Assembly (NCBI GenBank): GCA_000320545.1
Contig: ADNK01000108.1
Coordinates: 12,917-76,916 of the forward strand
From: Bigelowiella natans CCMP2755
Lineage: Eukaryota > Protista > Cercozoa
Reading direction: 5' to 3'
Length of the DNA stretch: 64,000 bases
This document shows positions 39,956-52,314 of this stretch, piece by piece. The position numbers and the translations under genes are program-made. Below the pieces are notes generated by a model. It was not told the DNA's origin. It saw nothing but the letters and a program-made list of their open reading frames with translations, and searched no databases. Each line of letters begins with the position of its first letter. The stretch's first letter is position 1.

Positions 39956-41956
39956 AACAAGAAAGATGGTCAATACTGCTGCTACGCGAGACTGGTGATT
40001 ATGCATCTTCTCATTGCGACTCGTATTACCCCTTACAGGCCCCCCGGGCCAAGTCCACCAGACTCAACACCCGTTTCCGCTTAAGCACAACGCGGATAAG
40101 GAAAAAGATTCTGGAAAGAAAATCTGGGAAATGTACCTCAAGGCGTCGCTGGACGCAGGGATTCTTAATTCTACGGAGAAGTCTCTACCCGTCGAATGCA
40201 AGCGTTGTGTCAGTTTCATGCGGCCGGGACTGCCATACTTCGAGCTTTACCAGCCATCTGTGCAGGAAGATACCAAACGGTACTTCCAGGACATTCTCAC
40301 AATGGAAGAAACCCCCCTTCTTGAGAAGTACGGAAAGGTATTCGAGTAGTGGTAATAGAAGTTGTTCTCAAGATAGTAATGGTGCCTATACTTGAACCCC
40401 CTTCCGATTCTCCCTTGCCATATGATACGAACACTGGATCATGTACCAGGCCGGCGCGGACTTTTATCCATATATTCAACGGCGAAATTGGAGCATATAT
40501 GGGCAGTTTGAGGATGATGAGAAACGGAAGGCGCTCATGAAGGGTATGCGCCTTCACACACGCGCGCGCACGTGTATGCATGCATTTACAGCTCGTCACC
40601 CAATAGGTAGTGGTACACGCCGCATAAGCCTCCCATAGCTGAAAATGGCGACCAGTATTATTGCAGACTGTACATATAATAGGCCCCCCCTTTCTTTTAA
40701 CTAGGGAAAGATGTAGAATCATCAATCGAAAAAGCTGCTGCAACCGTTGCCCGCACCTTGGCCGAGGAACCCATAGGCCTTTACATGCACTGCAAGCGGA
40801 AGATCGATGAGGGAGACGGAAAGAGCATCGCTTGTGGCGGTTCGACGTGTCTGCGCTGCTTCCGCGAGGTGAAACGGGACAAACTCTTTGACCACGACTG
40901 CGAGGCCAACCTCAATCTTGACAAGATGTAATAGTACAACCAAACTACGTCCGTACGTACTGTTTTTCTGCCCCACTTAAAAGAAATAGATAGGTTTTTG
41001 GTAAGTGTAGGGAGAACCTAGGTTTTTACACGAATCTGGTCTGCCTTGAGCATCAGCTCTATTTTCCTGGCACGTGCACGCTGCTTGTCGGTCGGTGTGA
41101 TGGGATGGGATAGTGGCTTTTGCTTATTATTTATGTTGTGAAGGTACAACGAAATCATAGAGGTGTTGGATTCTGCATCATTTCAAACTTGCCCACATTG
41201 CTTGACAAAGGGAGTAAAGGTTTGTATGTGATGTATGCTTGTTGATATAAGAAGAAGAACGTTAGCCAAAAGTCGATGCTTTAGTTGGTATCTCTTTAGG
41301 GATGTAACGTTCGATAAGTATTGCTCATAACACCGCTATTCAACCATTGATGTTCATAGTTGATGCGCGAAGTTGGTGTTGTACGCTGGCATTCCCTTTC
41401 TGACAATTTCCTATTCTTCCCTCTCCCTCTTCTCAGGACCTCGCCTGCACGCATATTACGTGCAATAAGTGCAAAAAAAAATGGTGCTATCTCTGTCGTT
41501 CTTTGAAAGAGGATCTTCCAGGGAAAACCTTTACGAATCACAACAAGTAAGAGAAATTCGGTGATGGTGGCGAAATTTGTGTAGTTGCAACAATGGTTGC
41601 GGAATCCCATCAGTCTCACCATTTCTTCTCATAATCATAGGTGGAAGGGTCTGGACACGAGGGTCAAGTGGGGCCATTGTCCCATGTACCTCCACTATGT
41701 GTACAAAGGATCCGCCAAGAACTCCCTCACACTCTTCCACCTGCACAAGCAAAAGCTTGCCCTTGAGGCCTACAAGGAGGGATTTTCTGAGAAACAAAAA
41801 ATAACTTTCGATATGGTAATAAATGATCGATTTCGTGGCCAAATCTTTGATAAATCAGATCTGCAAAAGCTTGAGGTAATAATCAAGCGTGCATTCCCGA
41901 TCGGTTTTAAAGGCTTTGAAGCTGCTGCTCGCGAGAAGAAAAGTAGTGTTCGGTGA
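35061..41956 (+). CDS. RBR-type E3 ubiquitin ligase with N-terminal MG, EF-hands and a C2-like region (multi-exon)
   Basis: EF loops DTNQDGKISVKE and DHDADGGIDVGE. C2-like VLAIEAWD...RLVGISYVEL. RING1 CSAC...CSKGHMLCKGC...IKCQIC. IBR CKRC...C...CGGSTCLRC...HDC. RING2 CPHC...KDLACTHITCNKC...WCYLC. Confidence 0.85.
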
Positions 41957-42494
41957 ATTTTGACTAGGAATGTGTGCTCGAAAATCATTGTAGATAATTA
42001 TAGACACAGTATATATTATATATATGGCATTATATGTCTATTATGATATGTGGCTTGGCTTAGCTTGCAGGCTGTCTAGATCGCTGTGGCATTGCATAAA
42101 CTTGCAGCTTGTGTGCACACATGATGGCACAGTGCTAGAGTGGTGCTGAGGACATTTTAGATGCTATCACTTTGGTTTCGCCATGATGTAACTAGTGTCA
42201 TCATATCAGTGTAATGCTAGCTAGCTAGTTGTTGGAAGTCAGCTACGTGCTAGTTGAACTTCCCCAAAATTGACATATTGGCAGCATGCTAGCTAGCTAG
42301 CATGAATCACAGAGAATTGCACAGCATTATCGCGCAGAATGACTTCGGCATGAAGTGACAGCTTTTTAGTCAAGTGTTAAGTGCAGGTCTTTGGTTGCGA
42401 ATTGGATGTGGTAGTCGCATCATCATGATGCGCAAAATCTAAAAATGCTGTGTGTGCATGTGTGTGTTCATGTGTGTGTGTGCATGTGTGTGTT

Positions 42495-42533
<39 letters not shown>

Positions 42534-43207
42534 ACCAGTGTGCACGTGTGTTCGCATGAAGCCCGTGCACACTCTCATTGTGTGGTCCAACACAATGAGG
42601 CATGATCACAGCAGCACGCTTTCGGCTGCAAAAGAAGGCCGAAAAGAATGAGAGTGTCGCGCGCACGGTGTCGCTCGTGTGTCACTGAAGAAACTGCGGA
42701 GCACCTGCACGTTGTTCATTGCTGGCTAGCCAGGTTGGGATGAGTGTCACGATGCACATCACAACATCACGTCAACAGCATCAATGCGTTGAGTCCGTTG
42801 CAACGCAGAGAAATGAAATTGTCATCTGCTTTCCTTGTCCCAACACGATCGATCAATTGATTGATTGACACATCTAGTCGTGTTCACTTCGACACCACTC
42901 CATGTCAAGACGCACACAAACCCTGCTAGCCTGCCAACAAGCTGGACGCGCCTCAAGCGGCTCGGAAAGCGGAGCGGCTAGGCACTCAACGCAAACCGGA
43001 CCGCAGAGTTGCACTTGGGCTGACGTTGGAAGTTGGAAGCTCGATCCTTGCTGCATGGGTCAAAGGCTCACAGGTGAGGATGACCCGAACGGCAGCACCA
43101 AGTCAACTTCTGAGGCCGAAGAATGGATCTAATAATAGCAGAATGCAGGAATGCCCTGCATTTCGACTCTGCGACTTATAATGATCACCTCATAGATAAG
43201 TGCGAAA

Positions 43208-45672
43208 ATGAGCCAATTCACAGCATCCGTTAGGCATGGGCAACCTGTGTTACGGTGGTAGACAACCGCCGCCGGTCAAGATAAGTAGAGATGGGGAAAG
43301 TGATCGGATTCACCACTCTCCGATGCGGTTATCGAGTGGTATTAATGGTGGAGATGGAGCTTCGGATGGTGGCAATAGGGTAGTTCTCAAATGTGCATAG
43401 CCGCGTAGACGTTGCCCAAATTTCGTCCTTGCATAGGATGATTCATACTCGGATGGATACGACTTTTTCCCCTTCCCGGAGCAGCCAGTTGGTGTAGTGG
43501 CTTCGTCTGCAATTCCTGATGAGAAAATTCAGATTGAAGGCAATGTGTTCATCAAAGAGCAAAAATTCCACCCCTGACTCATGCCACTCGTGGACTCGTG
43601 GATTGCATTCTTATTTTTGAATTTTGTAATTTAATGTCGTAGACGTTCACCAAGAAAATAGAAAACCCATTGCACAAGCTGTTCAAAGAAATGAAGTGAA
43701 GCCTACTGATAAATCAGATGAGGGTGCATAGCAAGAACATTTTGAAGACATCGTACATGAAAATAGATTCATTGAATTGCGTTATTTTCGTCATAAACAT
43801 ACATGTATTTGAATTATATCTGCAAGCAATCGACACTAATACGGGAAACGAGAATCTTTCAATTCAGAATCATGGCACAGCGACTCCGCAAGGGAAAAAA
43901 CCTGAAAACTCTGAGTGGAATGAAAGTAAAGAGAATGAACAGAAACCTGTAGCAGTTCCAGGAAATAACCATGTATTGAGTCACCAAGAGATAAAAGTGA
44001 CTGTTACAAGTCCGAAAGACGATTCCAACCCACAGAATCATGGAACAGCGGTTACGAACAGAGACCCTTTGCCGGACGAAACCAATGACAAAAAACAGAC
44101 ATATAACGGGAAGTCATCAACCTCTCAACCTACACATGAGCAAGGCCTAAGAAGGTAAAATTAAAAGAGTACGGTTTCAAAAACATTAGACAATACAAAT
44201 GCAGGGAGATTACCCGTACAATTCCTGTGGAGCCTCCGAAGGGAACTCTTGAAGAAAGTAAAATTGTTGAAGAATCGCTTTGTTAATTTGTTAATCTCCT
44301 TATTGTATAGAGTAAACGTTCCTTTTCAAATTAGTCGAGGCCTGGGAAAAAGGAGACCTGGTGTATATTTTATTTTCAAAGCTTGGCTGGAGGAAAGGGT
44401 CAACTAGCTGCGACCATTTACCAATTTTATTTATTATTCGTTTCTCTTAATGCAGTGTTTCTTCAGAGAAATACGAAGTATTAATCATGATGAGCACGGA
44501 GAATGGTTACTGGTTCATGATCTTGAAAAAAAGGTACAAATTGGAAGTTTTCATATGGAAAACTGCGGAGTCTTATTGAGTGTATTCGTTGCACAAATCC
44601 TAATAATTAGACAATAAAGAAGCAAGTGCAACGGTAAACCGAGAGGCTCAGCGTCTGTGTAGATAGTGTAGATGTGTAGATGTCAACCAAAATATTTTGT
44701 TGGTTTAGGCATGACAATGATCATATTCGACCTTTCATCGAAGATTCGATTCTTGAAAACATTAGAGTAGAAAATCATCGAAAAGCAACTATTCAAGGAG
44801 AAGCCAATATGGAAGAGAAGGTTGGTTGTCTTTCAAGCAAAGATTCTCGTCACGTTGTTACTTTGGTTGAGCCGCAGGTAGAAGGAGAAACGCCAATCCA
44901 AATGAAAATTCGATACATGGGAAAGCTTCAAAGATTATCCATGTTTCAAGCCAAAACAGTATTACATTAAACTATCAACTGAAATTTGAATGGTTCCATT
45001 GACATGGTCACATTGTAGCGATGGTGCACAGTCACAGACGAAGGATTTTTTTTCTCCAAAGATGAAGTAAGGCAGATGTAAATGTATTGAATATAGTTTT
45101 ATAACCAAGATCCAAACATAAGGGGAAAGTGAGAGACATCCACAGGATGTCCGAATGGTTAAAAAGCGTGCTCGCAAGAGAAAATCTCAAAGAGGTTTCG
45201 TACCTGTTTGTGTTTGAGTTTTAAACTTTGACACCTAATTTTGGATCCTTAATATCAGGGGAACATGAAAATAAAGGTATGGAAATGCTGTATCGAAATA
45301 TATATGAATCGAGTTCATGTGAAACAGGGCGTCACAATAATACCTCTTAAACATGTGACTAGAGTCAAGCAGCAGGTGGAAGAAAATTTTTGTCCTTTTC
45401 TACACATTGTTTCATATTGTACGTCGCTGCCTTAATATTTTGGAAAACGTAACAGGATCAAAAAATTAAAATTATGACTAGAAAAGCTGCCCTAGGAATT
45501 TCAAGCTTTACTTTTAAGGTTTCTCAGAGGTGTTAACATCGGTCATAGCATATGTAATTTTCTTTTCCTTGCTTAAATTACTACATTCAAGGCCTCAAGT
45601 AAAGAGCATGCCGCAGCATGGGTAGATGCTTTTGCTACAGCCTTAGAAGGTAATTTAATGCTGGGGCACTGA
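43208..45672 (+). CDS. Hypothetical protein with C-terminal PH-like domain (short AT-rich introns; boundaries approximate)
   Basis: Terminal exons read VWKCCIEIY...IPLKHVTRVK...FTFKASSKEHAAAWVDAFATAL, matching a PH C-terminal helix. The middle exon is low-complexity. Confidence 0.55.
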
Positions 45673-46179
45673 TCTATGCGCTTACGTAGGCATTCATTTC
45701 ATGATGCTATAAGCATTACAACTTCATGACTGAGATTTGTTGTCATGCCTACTAGCCTGCATGATCGTTACGGGACTAGAAGTGACTAGCTCATTCATGT
45801 CTGGTGACGATCAAATGCGCCAGCGCTTGCGTGCAATGATGCAATTACTATTTCCACTATTTTACCTAATGCGCGTGCGCAAGCAGGAAATCGCATTTGC
45901 CGCGGCTGACAATACGTTCATTTGTGGTTGTTAGTAATTGTTGCCATGTGCATGAATGCGCACGCAGGGTTGCGGTGCACAGTAGCAGCGCAGTGATCAT
46001 GATCTAGGCAGCTGTCGCATCACATCTATCAGCTGAGGTGCTTCACATTTGTGCTAAAACTTTCTACAAAGATTAAATGGACATGCAAGCACCGATCTAG
46101 AAATTCATCCACCACGTGGGTATCGGTTTATCGTCGTCCCTATTTTCTGCAATGAAGTTGTTTAGCCAATATCAATGCT

Positions 46180-46465
46180 CTAGAACACGTTAGCAGGTTT
46201 TGTAAGAAGTTGATTTATTTCCGATTTGGCTGCATAATTGGCTGTGCAACGGCTCAACGTGTAATACCTGCACATCACACACAAAGAGAGAGGGAGGGAG
46301 AGAGAGAGAGAACAATGTACTCATTGAGAAGAGATGCGAGCATGTTGCAATGCATGTACCCATCATTGCGCATTGTGTCGATAATTTTGTTTGCATGTGT
46401 GTGCGTACACGCTATTAATTTACAATGTCTGTGTACATGTACACATGTGCATGTGTACATACATG

Positions 46466-46509
<44 letters not shown>

Positions 46510-49500
46510 GTACATATGTGTGTGTGTGTGTGTGTGTGAAACTACATACGTAGTGTCTACAGTATTTAGATTATCTAAACATGTATGGCAGATTAGTCAG
46601 AGTTCCTCCACAAACCAAATCGTGCAAATCTATATGACGCAATGGCATTGCAGCCTCCCTGTCGCATCCCCCAACCCTTTATCGTTCGTATTACGCATGG
46701 ATGATTTCCTTGACTTTGACGTAGGCCTTAAGATTGATTTGTACTTCGCATACCATTGACACTCCGTCGTACTCGAAAAGAATCTACGGGGCGGACGGAT
46801 ACCATGTCAAGAGAAATAATTATTGAACTGATATGAGAAAGATGGCAATATTAGCTAGGAATCATAAGATTTAAGTTGCATCGAAATGAAAATGAAATGA
46901 ACTGAAGAGGAGAGGGGAGAAAGATAGAGATGTAGAGAATAGAAGCAAGAACAAAGGCAGGACTGTCGGACGTTGGCAAGAATCTGGCGGTATGAGAAGG
47001 CAGGGTCTTTCTCCAAAAATCCATTCTTTATCCGAAGAACCGTCGCTTTCTCCTTAAGGATCTGCATCGCCTTCACAACGTCGTCGGGGGTTGGGCACTC
47101 CACCAAGCACCGGACTGTATCGCCTAATAATGCTCCTATCGGCGCTTTTTCATCCTTTAATTCCTGATCGAGCATATAGTCCATCTTGACCTTCTCTCGG
47201 CAGCGAGCGAGCTTCTTGACAGAGTCGCAGCGATGGAACCACGGCCCAAATAGTGCGCTCATTTCATCTTGGAATGCCCCATTTATCTTGCGAGACTCGG
47301 AGAGTAGGAAGAAGATGAAAGGATCCGTGAACGAACACCGATCGGACGATGACTCGCCCATCATCTTGATCTCTGACTGGAATGCTGAGAAATACTCTGG
47401 GTGGATGACTGTCCCGATGAGCTTCTCGTCCTCCTCCTCGACATCGTAGTAGGAATAATCCACACTATTTGCCTTAGAATCTTTCTTGTTGGGCCGACAG
47501 AACAGCCGGTGAAGCTTTTTAAACTCCGGATGACCACCTAGAGCCCTCTCATCGTCCTGGCGTAAGCGTTCGCCGCCTGAGCCTGCCAACCCTAGCTTCT
47601 TGTACTCGCCGGTAGATTTGAGGTCGCTCTCAACACTCTTCAGCTCCTTTGTCACTGTCATTACGTGGCCCTTGACGATGCTCTGGAGTCTTTCATATGC
47701 CTTTTGGTGCGCTTCGTGGTCTTGGTGGGCATACGTGAGACAAGCAGCAAGGATAAAAGCTACGTCTTTCGTCCTTTTGGTCATCGCCTTCCTCCGGCCT
47801 GCTGAGGTATTGTTGTCACTGTTGTCATCTCCACCACCATTGTCACCATCGCCGTGTGAACGGGGGTCCAGGCACTCGTTTAAGCCCTTCCAGAACAACT
47901 CTTCCAGATTCTTGGGGGATTTGATGAAAGGCGATTCCTGCAGGGTCTGGATGAACGTGCGCTCATGCCGACAAGTCATGTTCCCGAGGTATACCGCGCT
48001 GTCGTCCCCGCCAAATATAGCGCGCATCGCCTCTACCACAGCCGGATCTTTGAACTTGTACTCTGCACACATCTCTCTCTGCAATATGTAGGCCTCATGC
48101 AGACGTTTACCCTGCCCAAGTATCGCGTCAGCCACCCGCCTCTCATCCTCGGACTCTGTCTCACCTGCAACACCTTCTGCTTTAAGCTCGTCGTCGTCGG
48201 AAAGTTTTTTCCGAAGCTTCGCCAAGGTTTCATTGGTGTACTCTTTGGTAGATTCCCACTGTTCTTCGTCGTACATCAGCTTCAAGCTTGTTTGGTATCT
48301 AATATCCCGTTCGACTTTCTGCCTTTCCAACCTACTCAATCGTTTTCTGGTCGCTCCTGTCCCCGCTGTTGCTGCCATTGATGAAGCAGTAGGGTACACA
48401 GGCATCGTTGGGTCTGATCTCTGCTCTCCACTTCTCAGAAAGTGTATTCTGTTTGCAAGCATTTCTTGGTAGTAGGCCACCATAGCCCTGCAGTATGTCC
48501 TCATTGCAGGTATCGTAAACTTGTTCTCGATAGCTGCCTCCATGCCATTGATGCTCTCTCGGTATAGAGAGGCCATTTGGTCATCGGCGAACTGCCCCTC
48601 TTCGCCGATATCCGCCGTATCCTTACCAATACTAAACGGGTCGCTCTCACACAGAATCCTATTGTATCTGTCGACATACCTCAGGACCCAACGGCCATCT
48701 TTCTTGAAGGTGATGCGCGCTTCGCCAGAATTAAGCTCGAATTTGTTCGATACGTACGATAATCTACCCGCAATGCCACTGCCACTCTTAAAAATACACA
48801 AGCTGTCGCTCCCGGAGGCTGTGTATCCAGGCAGATTCCACTTCACATTGAGGCCACTCGAGTCTATTCCCTTCAGTTCAATGGTGTACTCCGCCTTTGC
48901 ATAGTCGACTAGAATGAACGGCTCACTCTCCAGCACAATCTTGTAATCTGCGTCCAAATACCGTGCGACGTATCTGAAAAGTATGGAGAAACAACGCTTC
49001 TATTAAACGAGGATGAATGCCATACGGACAAGTCTTAGTTCAATTCTAATTGGATTAAAAGAGTGATTTAATTGGCCTACTTTTTGCTGACATCGTCCAC
49101 ATTCAGCTCGACACTGCCGGTCTGCACCTTTTTCGAGTTCGATTGGAACATCACAAAGTTGGAAGACTTAGCGTTGGAGCCATGAATAAGTACAGCCACA
49201 TAGTCCGTCTCCTTGACAGTGAATCCGGGCAGGTTCCACTTGACAATGACTTTCCCTCTCGCAGGGTCAGAAATTTTTAAGAAACACTCGCTTGAAGTTT
49301 GGAAATCGGGTTTCACCGGCTGCAAACTTCCGTCTAGATGGAAGGGTGTCGACTCTGCTATTATCCTCATGGTTGCACCAGAATAATATCGAATTACGTA
49401 ATTAGCTCCTTTCACGAAAGAGTACTGGAGCTTCACTTCACCTTGCCTTGTTCCCGTCGCGCACTTGTATGTCTCTGTGACGGAAGGCCCCGAGCCGAGA

Positions 49501-50051
49501 AGTGAGATAGCAACGTAGTCTGATTTTGAAACATCCTTCGCGTCATTGATGCAGAAACTTGCCGTTGCCCCCTTTTCGTCAAAATGAACGCATTGAACGG
49601 TGTTTTCAATTGTATCTATTTTCGTTGGTGCCTTCGCAGACGGGTCTTGCAGTTTCAACGGAATCGACTTCGGAATGGGAGGGGAATCATCACCAGCAAC
49701 TTCTTTTTCTGCAGAGCCATCGTCATTTTTTTCATTAGTAATATTTCTTGTTCCAGGCTTGGAATCGTTGTCGTTAGAATCAGTGCTGGTGCGAATGGCG
49801 GGCTCCTGCTTCGTTGAATGTTCAGGCGCTCCCGGTGTGTTGTTCTTTTCGTCTCTTTTCTTGTTTGGTTCGGCCACGGATGCTGCTGCACAGGGATCTT
49901 TGCTGCCATCATCACCTTCCTTCTTCTTCTCAACAACCGTTCCCAGTCCTCCCTCTCCTCCTCCTCCTTCTCCTATTTCCTCTCCTTCGTCCCTGTTGGC
50001 CTGCATGAGGGGCGTGGATATCCTTTCTCTTTGAATGGCCCCACACCCCAT
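46180..50051 (-). CDS. N-acylated protein with three SKICH/Ig-like repeats and a C-terminal RelA/SpoT-like nucleotidyltransferase domain
   Basis: MGCG start. Three repeats of the type D.VA/LCI...G.V...Y/WV.RY...I.ES.PF. C-terminus VKKLARCREKVKMDY...GDTVRC...LRIKNGF...SYRQILAN|ILF...CEVQIN...IHA|YYTLSRC. Confidence 0.75.
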
Positions 50052-50391
50052 CGAACGTTTCTACGGTAGTCCTAGTAGCTTCCGAAACCGATGCGAGTAG
50101 TAACTGCCCTTTTTTTCTCCTGTGGGTTAGTCTCTCGCTTTGATATCCTGATTTGGCTCGGATTTTATACTGGATACTACCAATTATTTTCGTCATTTAT
50201 CCTTCACCATTACAACAATAACAACAACCATACCGATGCTCGCCATCTAGGCGACGAGTAGCCTACTACGTGTACATCCGAAAGGGGGGGGTAAGTGTGA
50301 TGATGAGTTGGGGGCGCTACTGAATTCCCTCTTCGACGGCTGGTGCAAAGCTCCATACTCCATCAAAGAACCCACTACAATCTCTGGTCCA

Positions 50392-51190
50392 ATGGTCGCT
50401 GTACTATTCGAGCTTTGGTTGTTGGCGCTATGTTTCATCCATTCGTTTGCACGATTGCCAACCACTTCCACAAGAAAAACCGGACGTCATATCGTTGGTA
50501 GAAGCGAAGCTATTTCAAGGATCTCGTTGTATCCTGTGTCAAGTCAACCGCGCACGCTGCTTCATCACTTGCGCTCAGCAAGATTAGAGCATGGGCAGAA
50601 CTCACAAGAACCGTCACAGGATGAAGAATACAAGGATGTCATCAGGAAGTACGAACACTTCTTCTGCTCTTCTCAACCTATCATTATTTTTCGATTGGGT
50701 TGTGTATGGAATTGAGATGCGTGAACTCTGAAAGGTACTGGAGATATCGAAGCCGTGGCGAAATGTTCGAAGAACTGGGCAAAATGGGTGAGATTGGTCT
50801 GCCCTATTGCAAGACCACATACTCATGCCACATATACTCGTAGGAATCGACATCACAACTGAAGAAGTGAACGCGCGCTTTAAGGACGACCAGACCAAGC
50901 TGCTAAATTGGCTAGTTGATGAGATTGCGGCCAGGGTCAGGAAATATTCTCCACGGGATCAGAAAGAAGGAGAGATAGACCAGGAGCTTCCAAGCGAACG
51001 GGAAGGTTGATCACCTTTGCAAATATTTCGAATTCGACTGTCTCCTACATAAAGAGATTACGAGCAAGAAACGCTACCGCGAAGATTTTGTCACTGTTAT
51101 TTGTTCGTGTGCAATTTTTTAGGCTCCGCTTACCTCATGGAATCCCTTCAGGAAGGCATTGCAGTTAGAAAGGAGAAAACCAAACAAGTA
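50392..51190 (+). CDS. Hypothetical protein with signal peptide (multi-exon; approximate)
   Basis: MVAVLFELWLLALCFIHSFA is followed by an S/T/R-rich segment, then acidic exons with plausible GT-AG junctions. Confidence 0.45.
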
Positions 51191-52314
51191 GGAATATCGA
51201 CGCAGTACATACATCCTATCATATCCATTCAGATTTCCCATTAAGTGATTGCATTTCTGAGCTCACCACTTTCCGTATGGCAACGAATTTCGCATTGTGA
51301 CCCGCAGGAGCGCTACTCGTTCAATTCGCTAAAATCCTAAAATGAGTGTAATATTATATTTATTATATTTATTATATATTATATATCGCAACCACCATGA
51401 TCCATCTTTTCGAATAATTATCCAATTGTTAAAATCAGACGGATGAAATGAGGTCGATGTTAGCACGTGGGGCACCTCGGGACACCGGATATTATCCGTA
51501 GGAATTACTGTTGTTTTTTTTATGCTGTGACCGTTTTACTATCTTGTCATGTTAAACTAGCTATATCAAAAGGGATAAATGGTCATTTCCAGTTGTCTTC
51601 GATGTCCACATATTATTCATTCCTGTCATGTGATCAGAAATAGTGCGGCTTGGTTCGACAACGGCGTATGCGATGACGATGATGACTTCTACTGGCACCA
51701 GATGATTACAAAAATGAACGATGACGATGATGATTGACGAATTTCACGCAAGACGATTCTTCGAATAGAACATGCAGTTATTGCCATATAACACGTCGTG
51801 GTCAGATGGCAGAGTGCCAGCCACAAATCAGTGGCACATCTGCATGTCACGATTTTCCCCATGCTAACCGACGTACGGGCAAATATGTGATGTCTCTGTC
51901 CATCACAATCACGTGCTACACAATGAGTGCCACAGACACTTCATAAGTTAAACAGCTCTAAAGACAAATTTGTGCAAGACGCATAAACCAGCATGCAAAA
52001 TTGCGCAACGCATATCAGCATGAAAGAGTCGTGCACGTGACAAGTTTTCACGGTGCATATGCTACGATTGCTGCTGCGTGTGAGCAGACCTGCACATACC
52101 TGGACCCTATGTGCGGATACATTTTATAATGCTGCTATGTGTGCATGATGATGCATGTATTAAATTGAGGGTGTGACTTTAATACTCGCGAGCTACGAGC
52201 AAAATTTCAATGATAACATAACATAATTTTTAATTCTAATTATAACAATAATGGTTAAACATTATTGGCTAAATACTCAAAGGATTCGAATACTATGTAG
52301 CAGCTTTGCGTATG

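Noticed and set aside
46548-46556. Possible 7-nt micro-exon in the RelA/SpoT-like gene
   Set aside because: Skipping it gives the family-like HAYYTLSR ending; including it shifts to an unconserved frame.
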